Positions 50,335-58,782 of a stretch of 64,000 nt of DNA are shown piece by piece. Made by a program: the position numbers and the translations under genes. The stretch is from the NCBI GenBank assembly GCA_964651815.1, contig CAZYWG010000001.1:1189-65188 (forward strand), in the 5' to 3' direction. This DNA is from an uncultured Gammaproteobacteria bacterium (GTDB taxonomy: Bacteria > Patescibacteriota > Microgenomatia > Levybacterales > GWA1-39-11). The notes under the pieces are model-generated. The model was not told where the DNA came from and searched no databases. It saw only the letters and a program-made list of their open reading frames with translations. Each line of letters opens with the position of its first letter. Within the stretch, counting starts at the first letter, position 1.

Positions 50335-51669
50335 TTACTTAGGCTCACTCGCGTCGCTATCGCTTTTGCGAAGCGTGCCGGTGTCCTCGACAGAGTCGAT
50401 AGGGGCGGCCGCAGTTTTTTCTTCGCTTTCTTCAGAAACTTTCATGTCTGCGTCTGTGTCTGCGACAGGAGTTTCGACAAGGTCTGTTGCTGCTATTTCT
50501 GTGGGTGCCTCTGTAGGAGGTCCCGAAACAGGTTTTTCCTCCGACGCAGCGTCTTCAGGTATCATTACATGCTCTGGTTCAACTGCTTGAACTTCAGGTT
50601 CAAGTGGTTTTGCTTCTTTTGGAACTTCTACTGGCGCGATTTCAGCAGGAGTTTCCACTGGCTTTACCTCAGCAGGAGTTTCCACTGGCTTTACCTCAGC
50701 CGGAGTTTCCACAACAGGCGCGTCAATTCCTTCTACCTCAATATTATATTCCGCAAGTTTTGAAGCTAAACGGACGTTCTGTCCCTCGCGACCTATAATC
50801 AATGGAAGTTCTTCACGTGGAGCTGTGACTTTTGCAGTTTTTTCTTTCTCATTTACTTCAACGGTCAAATTCTTAGCTGGAGAAAGTGCATTTGTTATAA
50901 GGTGAACCGGGTCATTACTCCACTGGATAACATCAATTTTTTCAAGACCATCAAGCGCATCAATTACCGCCTGAATACGCACACCTTTTTGTCCAACGCA
51001 AGATCCTACAGGATCAATACCAGATTGCTCAGAATAAACAGCAATTTTAGCACGGTTTCCAGGCTCCCTAACTACTTTTTTAACCGTTACCGAACCTGAC
51101 GAAACCTCCGGGACTTCACGTCGCAAAAGCCCTTCAATCAAACCGGGGTGTGCACGAGAAACCATGATTTCTCTTTTCTCTTCATCTATTCCGCGGATAT
51201 AAACAGGCATTTTTTTATTAATAAAATATTGTTCTGTAGGAATTTTGTCCACAGCTTCCATCATGGCTTCCGCTTTTCCTACGTCAAGGATGATATTTGG
51301 CCCGACAAAACGCAAAATCATACCATTGACTACGGTACCTATTCTTTTTGTGTATTCAAGAATTACAGCGTCTTTTTCTTTTTCGCGGATTTTCTGGAGT
51401 AAAACTTGCTTTGCTGTTTGAGCGGCGATTCTGCCAAACCCTGGAGGCGTTACATTTTCTTTTTTGTGAAGGACGGAAGTTTCACCTGTATTCTCATTTA
51501 GGTCAACTGTGTAGTCATCTATTTCTTCATCGGGGATGGGATTATCTTTGCGGTAAGCAGCAAGAATTGCGCCCTTCATTGTCTCAAGGACAACAGCAGG
51601 GTCAACACCCCTCTCTGAGGCTATCTGATTTAATGCTAATGCAAATTCGCTTCTCTGTATTGCTGCCAT
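50335..51669 (-). CDS. nusA: Transcription termination/antitermination factor NusA with a repetitive acidic C-terminal extension
   Basis: N-terminal domain, S1 and two KH domains, then the tandem repeat PVETPAEVK x3. Confidence 0.92.
   Translation of the reverse strand: MAAIQRSEFALALNQIASERGVDPAVVLETMKGAILAAYRKDNPIPDEEIDDYTVDLNENTGETSVLHKKENVTPPGFGRIAAQTAKQVLLQKIREKEKDAVILEYTKRIGTVVNGMILRFVGPNIILDVGKAEAMMEAVDKIPTEQYFINKKMPVYIRGIDEEKREIMVSRAHPGLIEGLLRREVPEVSSGSVTVKKVVREPGNRAKIAVYSEQSGIDPVGSCVGQKGVRIQAVIDALDGLEKIDVIQWSNDPVHLITNALSPAKNLTVEVNEKEKTAKVTAPREELPLIIGREGQNVRLASKLAEYNIEVEGIDAPVVETPAEVKPVETPAEVKPVETPAEIAPVEVPKEAKPLEPEVQAVEPEHVMIPEDAASEEKPVSGPPTEAPTEIAATDLVETPVADTDADMKVSEESEEKTAAAPIDSVEDTGTLRKSDSDASEPK
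50644..50712 (-). repeat. 27-bp tandem repeat (about 2.6 copies) inside the nusA 3' region, encoding PVETPAEVK
   Basis: agcaggagtttccactggctttacctc is repeated head-to-tail. Confidence 0.7.
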
Positions 51670-51670
51670 A

Positions 51671-51711
51671 ATTACTTTTCAAGTAATTATGCATCAGGCA
51701 TGAAATGCCTG
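51671..51711 (-). promoter_or_regulatory. Two adjacent hairpins abutting the nusA start codon (candidate autoregulatory leader structure)
   Basis: ATTACTT-ttc-AAGTAAT (51671-51687) and CAGGCAT-gaa-ATGCCTG (51695-51711). The first ends 1 nt from the ATG and occupies the usual SD position. Confidence 0.35.
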
Positions 51712-51895
51712 AGCATCTACTACTTTTACTTTTTTGTTAAATAAGTTTAGAAATTTATTACTCTTCACACACAAAGTGTGTGGGCAACCTCTAAACCTCG
51801 TTACTATTATCAATCTAAAAGTTTGTTTACACCAGACACTAAGTGACTGGGCATTCTATAACTTTTATTACTTTTTTAATATAACTTGTTGAGAT

Positions 51896-51922
51896 AAAAA
51901 AAGGTGGTTCTTCCGACCACCT
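51896..51922 (-). terminator. Rho-independent terminator on the minus strand (AGGTGGT-tcttccg-ACCACCT followed by T7)
   Basis: 7-bp GC-rich stem with a 7-nt loop, followed on the minus strand by TTTTTTT. No annotated minus-strand CDS lies upstream of it within 450 nt. Confidence 0.5.
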
Positions 51923-52145
51923 CCAACAAATCAACCTAGCCCTATTTTAGCGAAAAAATGCCCATTAGTCAAGGAAACGAATCAGGATTAACGAGAGAAT
52001 AATGCTTTCACAATGTTTACAAAATTCTTATAACATCTTAAATAATTCACTGTAAAGTAAACTGGGTTTGCTAACATTTTATATACTTTGTCTTATTGAC
52101 ACAGCATATTTGAATGCTTTAATCTATTAAGAATCAAACAGCTAT

Positions 52146-52222
52146 TGCCCTACGCTGCTTGTCCTTATCCCAGTCTTGGGAAAGGAGCAACCCTACGCAA
52201 CTCAAACTGCGAAGGGGATAAG
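52146..52222 (+). promoter_or_regulatory. Structured non-coding element in the long leader of the first repeat-protein gene (possible riboswitch or attenuator)
   Basis: CTTATCCC (52164-52171) pairs with GGGATAAG (52215-52222) enclosing inner stems. CCCTACGC is duplicated. A candidate TTGACA -35 lies at 52096-52101. Confidence 0.25.
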
Positions 52223-52373
52223 TTTTCTTAATTGTTGATTATCAATTCCTGCCTATGGAAACTGTATTTTTTGCGCCTAAAAATAAATATAATTTTTTCT
52301 CCACGAATTATTCCCAGTTTTTCAATTTGAGATCCGATCGAAACTTTTTAATGGTTCGGATGTAGGGAAGGAG

Positions 52374-52970
52374 GTGAAAATAATGATAAAAAAATTAGCA
52401 ATAACAGCAGCTGCTGCAGGCATAATGCTAGTATCTGCTCTTCCAGCATTTGCTTCAACAAGCGTTACCATTTCTGGTAATGGCGCCTTATCCCACAACG
52501 GAGTAGGTGTTTTCAGTTTAAGCTCTTCGAAAGTAAAGCAAACTAACAACACTTTTGTAGGCACATTTGTCTCGTCCTCTACAAATACAGGGGGGAACCA
52601 TTCCAGTTTTAATACTGGCGGAAGTAACTCAATTACAACCGGAGGGTCAACAACAGGAGTAAGCGTTGGTGTTGAGGGAGGAACAAATACTAATTCAGGA
52701 ACTCCATGCGGTTGCCAAACGGGCGGCAGCACAGACGTTACCATTTCTGGTAATGGAGCGCTTTCTAGTAATGGTGTTTTAGTTGTCAGCAGTAATTCAA
52801 ATACTGTGAAACAAAGTAACAATACTGTTGTCGTAACTGGTGTTGAAACAGAAACCAACACAGGAGGCAATTCCACAAGCTTTAATACAGGTGGAAGTAG
52901 CTCTATCACAACGGGTGATTCATCAACCGCTGTAGAAGTCACGGTAACTGGTTCGTCAAATTCTAACTAA
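52374..52970 (+). CDS. Secreted tandem-repeat protein (2 repeat units), ISGNG/NTGGN repeat family
   Basis: Strong SD GGAGGTG. Signal peptide ending AFA|ST. Two ~90-aa units each begin VTISGNGALS.NGV and contain NTGGN..SFNTGGS.SITTGG/DS, separated by a CGC motif. Confidence 0.7.
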   Translation: MKIMIKKLAITAAAAGIMLVSALPAFASTSVTISGNGALSHNGVGVFSLSSSKVKQTNNTFVGTFVSSSTNTGGNHSSFNTGGSNSITTGGSTTGVSVGVEGGTNTNSGTPCGCQTGGSTDVTISGNGALSSNGVLVVSSNSNTVKQSNNTVVVTGVETETNTGGNSTSFNTGGSSSITTGDSSTAVEVTVTGSSNSN

Positions 52971-53090
52971 TCACAAGATTAGTCAGAATAGAATAGGGCG
53001 CAGAGAGCCCTTAGAAGTGAGAGAAAACCTCTTTTCGAGAAATCGGAAGAGGTTTTTTCTTGTTTACCCTGAGTGTGTTTTGAGGCTAAA

Positions 53091-53765
53091 TTACTTGACT
53101 GGATCGGCAAATACAAGGAGGCGGAACCAGTCTGTTCCTACAGGTGTACACGTCTGCAAGATAAGCTGCGTACGCGTCTCCTTTGTTAAATACTGAATAT
53201 CCGAGGGTAAAACGGTCCTAAGCTCACGTACCTTATATATATAATCGCGGTTTTCCCGAGTTACGATTATCTTGTCCCCTGGTTTTAGTTCATCAAGCCT
53301 GAAAAAAATCACATTATAACGGGTGATTCTCCACGGAAAGTCTGATGAATGGGCAAAAATATACATAGTCCCGCTTTGCGCAGGATATGACGTACCTTTT
53401 GCTTGGGCAACGCCGTGTGTTAATGCTTCGTGATAAGTAGACGAATTAAACGGATCAACACCCCAAATAATAGGTGCTGCGACATTAATTTTTGGGATTG
53501 TAATTCTGTTTGGGCTATGAACAGCGGGCATAACGGGAAAAAATAACAGAATTAGTGGATAGTAAATATAAAAAAGAAGAAATGCTGCCAAAATCATGAT
53601 AGAGCTCCCTATCTGCTGGCGACGATTCTTTCCGAATATCAATTGAACAATGCGGCTTGAAATTAATAAAAGCCCTTTTTGGCTTTTTGTTTTTTTTTTG
53701 GATTTTCTTTTTATTCTTTTTACTTTTTTGGGGGATTTTGTTTTTTTCTTAGGCATGGAATTCAT
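53091..53765 (-). CDS. Sortase (transpeptidase), Lys-rich N-terminus
   Basis: TM helix, ITIPKINVAAPII, YIFAHSS, and the catalytic LILQTCTP (TLxTC). Immediately downstream of the LPETG-bearing protein. Confidence 0.8.
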   Translation of the reverse strand: MNSMPKKKTKSPKKVKRIKRKSKKKTKSQKGLLLISSRIVQLIFGKNRRQQIGSSIMILAAFLLFYIYYPLILLFFPVMPAVHSPNRITIPKINVAAPIIWGVDPFNSSTYHEALTHGVAQAKGTSYPAQSGTMYIFAHSSDFPWRITRYNVIFFRLDELKPGDKIIVTRENRDYIYKVRELRTVLPSDIQYLTKETRTQLILQTCTPVGTDWFRLLVFADPVK

Positions 53766-53786
53766 TATACGCTTGTTAGGAGGGAA

Positions 53787-54968
53787 TTATTTACGCGAAC
53801 GAGGAGGCGAAACGTCCGTTGAGAAACGCAAATACCATCCAGATAGGAAAATTGAAAACAAAAATAATGTTGCTAAAAACATCCAGGCGGAGCCAGTCTC
53901 TGGCAAAATTGATCCGGTGGACGCTGCAAGTACTTGACCGCCGGAACTTCCACCTGAACCTCCTCCGGACCCACCACCAGAATTGCTTGAACCTCCTCCA
54001 CCCGATGACGGTGGATTATTGGTAGGATTGCAATTATCGGTGCATGGGGGTGGAGGTGGAGGCGTTTGGGGGCAATCAATGGTAAAAGAATTATCATTTC
54101 CGGCATTATTAACGTTTACTACGCTAGCAATACTACCCGTTGAGATTGAAACATTTCCATTATTGTTGTTTGCCGTATTATTTCCGGTATTTAATGCAAC
54201 CCAAATCACGTTATTGAGGTTGAAACGATTATCTACAGAATAATTAAGGGTATTAGTAAAATTGTAGGCAATAATATTGTTTGATCCTGTGCCGTTCCCT
54301 GAAATGTTAAAAATTGGATCTAAATTAAGTCCAAATCCCGACGCCGTATTTTTATTTATATTTTGGTTTGAGACATTGACAAGAGACGAGATATTTCCCG
54401 TAAGTATAAATACATTTCCGTTGTTGTTATTTGCCGTATTATTTCCAGTATTGGCAGCAGTTGTAATTGAATTTGTGATATTTGCCGTGTTGTTTTGGGT
54501 AACATTTGCAGCAAGATTTTCATTTACGATAGCTGTATTGGTAGATCCAGCACCGTTATCCGTAATATTTACTGTTGTTGAACTTTGTGATTGAGCACAA
54601 TTACAATTTCCCGTTGCGCTGTTTGAATTTATATTATTGTTGGTTACATTAGTTGTTGTGGAGACATCTCCTGTTTGAATTGCAGTCGACCCCGCTTGTG
54701 AAGGATCCGTTGATGGCGAACCGGTGTTATTATTTGCCGTATTGTTGCCTGTATCCGAATTAGTTTTTACGTCATTTTGAACATTTGCAGTATTATTTTG
54801 AGTAACAGTTGTGGTATTTGTTGACGTGACACTTGCTGTATTCTGCGAACCATCACCGTTGCCTGTAACTGTCACCTCAACCGTATCAGCCACAACTACA
54901 CCTGCGGCTCGCAAAAAGGATAGCAATATTAATGGCAGGATAAAAAGCGAAACAATTATTTTCTTCAT
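53787..54968 (-). CDS. Cell-wall-anchored (LPETG) Asn/Thr-rich tandem-repeat surface protein, same repeat family
   Basis: Signal peptide. Repeats contain CNC and TIDC motifs, then a Pro7 and Gly/Ser linker. The C-terminal sorting signal is LPETG + hydrophobic helix + RSRK. Confidence 0.8.
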   Translation of the reverse strand: MKKIIVSLFILPLILLSFLRAAGVVVADTVEVTVTGNGDGSQNTASVTSTNTTTVTQNNTANVQNDVKTNSDTGNNTANNNTGSPSTDPSQAGSTAIQTGDVSTTTNVTNNNINSNSATGNCNCAQSQSSTTVNITDNGAGSTNTAIVNENLAANVTQNNTANITNSITTAANTGNNTANNNNGNVFILTGNISSLVNVSNQNINKNTASGFGLNLDPIFNISGNGTGSNNIIAYNFTNTLNYSVDNRFNLNNVIWVALNTGNNTANNNNGNVSISTGSIASVVNVNNAGNDNSFTIDCPQTPPPPPPCTDNCNPTNNPPSSGGGGSSNSGGGSGGGSGGSSGGQVLAASTGSILPETGSAWMFLATLFLFSIFLSGWYLRFSTDVSPPRSRK

Positions 54969-55045
54969 TATTACTTAATAATATATAAACCCAGAGTGAT
55001 GTAAAGCGTTAAGAAGTTTGTAAGAAACGGGTTTTGAATGGCCGC

Positions 55046-57337
55046 TTACAAGAGCAGGTGTACCCCTTTAACAACTACACCCCGCAAGTACGTCAACTTC
55101 TTTTTAAGAATTATGACGCTTACTATTGGAATGGCGATAAATAGAATCCACGCAAGATTGAAGGTCAACATGTGAGCAGCGCTTTTTACGCTTGTATTAA
55201 CAAGGCCGCTATTAGAATTTCCGGTGATTCCTGCAAAAAGACCTCCGGTTGTACCACCTGTTGCGCTTGTTCCGAGGACATTTCCCCCAAAGAAGACTGT
55301 TGAAGATGAACCTCCGGAATTTGTTGTCACTGTTCCGGCTCCGGCAGATACTGTACCTCCAGAATTCGACGTGTTAGACCCGTTTGAATTATTGTTTGAA
55401 TTATTTCCGCCGCCTCCACCATTTTGCGGATTTTGGGCCGTTTTTGCAGGATCATTTGGGTCAGACATGCCTGGTGTTACAAAATTTCCAAGCCAGCTTC
55501 CAAATACATTGACAACTGTCACAACCAATTTTCCGCCGCCTGTTATATTGTTATTTACAAAGTTAACAAGATTTGCAATTACGTTTGCATTACCAGTTGT
55601 AATATTTGAATCTCCGCCAGTGTTGTAGTTGGAATTATTTCCGCCCGTGTTGGCTGACAAATTAATATTATTTTGGATATTTGCGTTGTTTGACTGTGTT
55701 GTAGTGTTATTGTTTGTTGTAGAACTATTTGCCGTGTTGTTTGACCCAGCACCGTTGTTTGAATTTCCGTCGATTGCAGTGACTGCACCCGTTACTGGAT
55801 CCACTTCAAATTCTGTTCCGGCAGAACCCGCCATAGTTGCTCCATCCGGCGCGCCCATTATTTTTCCAATCCAATGCCCTGCTTCATTGACAATAACAAG
55901 CCACCATGTGCCACCGTCAACATTATTGTTGGCTACATTCAAAACATTTGCATCAACACTTGACGAACCTGTAGTGACGGTTGAATCGCCATTTGTATTA
56001 AAGTTTGCATCATTTCCACCCGTAGCTGCGTTGAATGTGAGATTATTGTCAATATTTGCATTGTTTGTCTGTCCGGTTGTGTTGTTATTTGTTGTAGAAC
56101 TGTTTGCTGTGTTGTTTGACCCTGCGCCGTTGCCGGAATTGGCCGTTGTTGAAGTGGAGCTGCAGCCGCAAAGAAGTGCGTCTATTGTTGATTGTGGCAA
56201 AATAATATCCCCTACCAAATTTCCGAAAATATTAACCACATTGTAAAGTACGTTGCCTGAAATATTGTTGTTGGCAAAAGTCAAAACGTTTGCATCTACA
56301 TTTGCGTTTCCTGTTGTGATATTGGAGTCTCCGCCCGTATTAAATTGCGTTGCATTATTTCCGGAATTAGCCGATAAATCAAGGCTGCTTCCAATACCCG
56401 CATTATTTGACTGCGAAGTATTGTTATTATTTGTAGTCGAACTATCCGCGGTATTTGTGGAATTTGCACCGTTGCCGGAATTACCAACTATATTTTGTGC
56501 TCCGCATCCATTTGTACAAGAGCTTGTTGCATTCCCGGGCGCCAAAATTATGTCCCCTGTTTGGTTAGTATCTACATTGAATGTTGCAACAGCCACACCG
56601 TCAACATTATTGTTAACTGCCGTGATCACGGTCCCTGAAGTATTTGCGTCACCTGTAGTTATTGACGAATTGCCAGTGTTCATTGAAGCGGTATTTGTAC
56701 CCGTTACAGTTGCCGTAGTGAGATTGTTTGCCACATTTGCGCTGTTTCCTTGAGATGTAGTTGCCGAATTTTGGTCAGTTGAACTTGCAGAGTTATTAGA
56801 ATTAGAACCATTACCGGAATTAAGGGTTGCCGAATTTCCGCTGCATGTAGAACACGAACCACCACCTGTTGCCAAATTATTGTTACCTGTTGTTGCGAGT
56901 GTTGAATTGTTTGTTGCACCACCTGTTGTAATATTTGTATCCCCAACATTTCCGCTTGCATTAGTCCCGCCTCCGGTTTGTGTCTGTGTGTCAGCTTGCG
57001 CGTTAAAGTTAGGAGAAGTCGGTGCTGTTGGCGCGGTTGGAGCCGTTGGCATAGTTGGTGGTGTTGGTAGGTCTGGTGCTGCAGGTGGCGCAGGTGGAGT
57101 TGGCGCGCTTGGCGCGGTTGGCATAGTTGGTGCGGTTGGTGGTGCCGGAGGCGCTGGCGCTGTTGGCATAGTTGGTGCGGTTGGTGGTGCCGGAGGCGCT
57201 GGAGCACTTGGTGCAGTGGGCGCGTCCGGTGCACTAGGTCCATCATCTGCTAAAGCTGCTACTGGCAAAGAAAGCCGGCCAAGTAGTAACACTATGATTA
57301 GCGCGATTGATAGTATTTTTTTAATTTTGTTTGTCAT
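55046..57337 (-). CDS. Large (763 aa) surface repeat protein: signal peptide, Pro/Ala/Thr-rich N-terminal linker, at least 4 long repeat units of the same family, C-terminal TM anchor
   Basis: Repeats read NSGNGAGSNNTANSSTTNNN...NTGGDSNITTGNANV...CGC. The C-terminus is hydrophobic helix + KKK. Many + strand ORFs in this interval are low-complexity artefacts. Confidence 0.75.
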   Translation of the reverse strand: MTNKIKKILSIALIIVLLLGRLSLPVAALADDGPSAPDAPTAPSAPAPPAPPTAPTMPTAPAPPAPPTAPTMPTAPSAPTPPAPPAAPDLPTPPTMPTAPTAPTAPTSPNFNAQADTQTQTGGGTNASGNVGDTNITTGGATNNSTLATTGNNNLATGGGSCSTCSGNSATLNSGNGSNSNNSASSTDQNSATTSQGNSANVANNLTTATVTGTNTASMNTGNSSITTGDANTSGTVITAVNNNVDGVAVATFNVDTNQTGDIILAPGNATSSCTNGCGAQNIVGNSGNGANSTNTADSSTTNNNNTSQSNNAGIGSSLDLSANSGNNATQFNTGGDSNITTGNANVDANVLTFANNNISGNVLYNVVNIFGNLVGDIILPQSTIDALLCGCSSTSTTANSGNGAGSNNTANSSTTNNNTTGQTNNANIDNNLTFNAATGGNDANFNTNGDSTVTTGSSSVDANVLNVANNNVDGGTWWLVIVNEAGHWIGKIMGAPDGATMAGSAGTEFEVDPVTGAVTAIDGNSNNGAGSNNTANSSTTNNNTTTQSNNANIQNNINLSANTGGNNSNYNTGGDSNITTGNANVIANLVNFVNNNITGGGKLVVTVVNVFGSWLGNFVTPGMSDPNDPAKTAQNPQNGGGGGNNSNNNSNGSNTSNSGGTVSAGAGTVTTNSGGSSSTVFFGGNVLGTSATGGTTGGLFAGITGNSNSGLVNTSVKSAAHMLTFNLAWILFIAIPIVSVIILKKKLTYLRGVVVKGVHLLL

Positions 57338-57436
57338 TTTATTTTTTACGAACTATTTTTTAATCGAACTCTTATTAATTTCTATATTTTCTATTTACTA
57401 ATAACTATTTACTGTTTCTATGTTGTTCGGAAACTT

Positions 57437-57477
57437 GTAGGGTGTTTTTGTCGAAGTGCTAACAAAAAGCACCCTAC
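57437..57477 (-). promoter_or_regulatory. Strong intercistronic hairpin 17 nt after the stop of the first repeat-protein gene (possible attenuator or processing site)
   Basis: GTAGGGTG-TTTTTG ... CAAAAA-g-CACCCTAC gives a ~14-bp stem with a 12-nt loop. No adjacent U-tract. Confidence 0.35.
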
Positions 57478-57493
57478 CAAGTAATCCTTAAAG

Positions 57494-58753
57494 CTAGATT
57501 GACAATCCAAAGAAAGACAATAAAGCTTGAATGTCGAAAGAAAGGCTAACACTTGATCCTCCGGGAAGTGGAAGTACAAATGGTGTTCCTCCAACAGTGT
57601 TGACGTTGCCGCTGTTATTAACATCGGTTGAGTTAGTGGAATCGCCAGTTATGATAGCTGGGTCGTTTCCATTTTCTACAGATCCAGTGTTAAGGTTTGC
57701 GTCATTGTAACCAGTCTTTGCATTTGAGTAGACATCGTTGTCGAGGTCTGCTGCATTTGCTTGTCCGATTTCATTGGCGTTAGCAAGAACTAGGTCAATA
57801 CCGTTTTGGGTAAGACCGTTTTCTCCATAAGAAGAAGCTCCGTTTCCGTCAATTTTTGCAAGAACGTCAAATGTGCATCCACAGTCAACGCTGGCACTAT
57901 TAAAGTTAACCATGTTGTCTACGTTTGCACCTGCTTTCGCATCGCCGGTTGAGATTACTACATCTCCTCCGGTGTTGAATTTAGCATCGTTGCCTCCGGT
58001 TTTTGCATCTGAGTTAACATCGTTGTCGATGTTAGCTGAGTTTGCCTGCTCAACGCTTGAAGAATTTGCTAAGACTGCGCTAATCCAGTTATCGCTGCCA
58101 GCTCCATTTCCAAGAATTTTGAAGGATGCACCAGATCCTGAAGCTCCTGCTCCGCCTCCGATCATTGCAGAATTTGAATTCGCAACGGTCTTAACGTTTG
58201 CATTTGCTGTAGCATCTCCGGTTACAACTACCACGTCTCCTCCGGTGTTAAGATTTGCATCGTTACCTCCGGTTTTGGCGTCTGACTTGATGTTATTGCT
58301 AACATCAGCACTGTTTGCTTGTTCAACAGTGTTTGAATTTTCATTTGTAAGAGTTACAAGATTTTCGGATTTTGCTCCGTTTCCTGAAATTAATACATTT
58401 GTGTCAGATCCACAATTACATCCAGCGACCGTAGCAGCATTGCTGTTAAGGACATTGGTTACGTTTGTGGTGGTTTTTGCATCACCAGTTTTAACGGTTA
58501 CGTCTCCACCGGTGTTGTAATTTGCGTCATTGCCACCTGTATTTGCGTTAGTGGTAATGTTATTGTTTACATTTGCTGTATTACTCTGTGAAACGGTGGT
58601 TGAATTTGACTGTACTGCTTGCACAGCATTATTTGAACCAGATCCATTTCCAGAAATTTGAATAGTAGTATCAGCGAAAGCTGGAGTTGCCATAGAAAGA
58701 ACTACTGCACCTGCTGCTATTACTGAAACTACTTTTTTTTGAAATTTTGTCAT
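57494..58753 (-). CDS. Secreted tandem-repeat protein (4 repeat units), ISGNG/NTGGN family. Putative major subunit of the locus.
   Basis: Strong SD (AGGAGGTGATT). Signal peptide AFA|DT. Four ~90-aa units: IQISGNGSGSNN / VLISGNGAKSEN / FKILGNGAGSDN / IDGNGASS, each with TGGNDAN.NTGGDV...TGDA and ending in CNCG / GGG / CGCT. Confidence 0.8.
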   Translation of the reverse strand: MTKFQKKVVSVIAAGAVVLSMATPAFADTTIQISGNGSGSNNAVQAVQSNSTTVSQSNTANVNNNITTNANTGGNDANYNTGGDVTVKTGDAKTTTNVTNVLNSNAATVAGCNCGSDTNVLISGNGAKSENLVTLTNENSNTVEQANSADVSNNIKSDAKTGGNDANLNTGGDVVVVTGDATANANVKTVANSNSAMIGGGAGASGSGASFKILGNGAGSDNWISAVLANSSSVEQANSANIDNDVNSDAKTGGNDAKFNTGGDVVISTGDAKAGANVDNMVNFNSASVDCGCTFDVLAKIDGNGASSYGENGLTQNGIDLVLANANEIGQANAADLDNDVYSNAKTGYNDANLNTGSVENGNDPAIITGDSTNSTDVNNSGNVNTVGGTPFVLPLPGGSSVSLSFDIQALLSFFGLSI

Positions 58754-58782
58754 TTAATAATCACCTCCTTTTCGACCAAGAT

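Noticed and set aside
51730-52370. Search for tRNA, tmRNA, SRP RNA or RNase P RNA in the large non-coding interval and other intergenic gaps
   Set aside because: I found no T-loop-like GTTCRANYC with matching acceptor stems, no tmRNA tag-reading frame, and no SRP or RNase P conserved boxes by eye. A covariance-model scan is still recommended.
52322-52942. 206-aa minus-strand ORF overlapping the first repeat-protein gene
   Set aside because: It is the mirror frame of the Gly/Thr/Asn-rich repeat gene 52374-52970(+). That + gene has a strong SD and a signal peptide. Low-complexity repeats generate long spurious antisense ORFs.
55224-58520. Numerous + strand ORFs of 60-215 aa inside the large repeat-protein genes
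   Set aside because: All lie antisense or out of frame within the minus-strand repeat genes, and they are Pro/Val/Leu-rich translation artefacts of the N/T/G codon repeats. The minus-strand frames carry the signal peptides, SDs and sorting signals.
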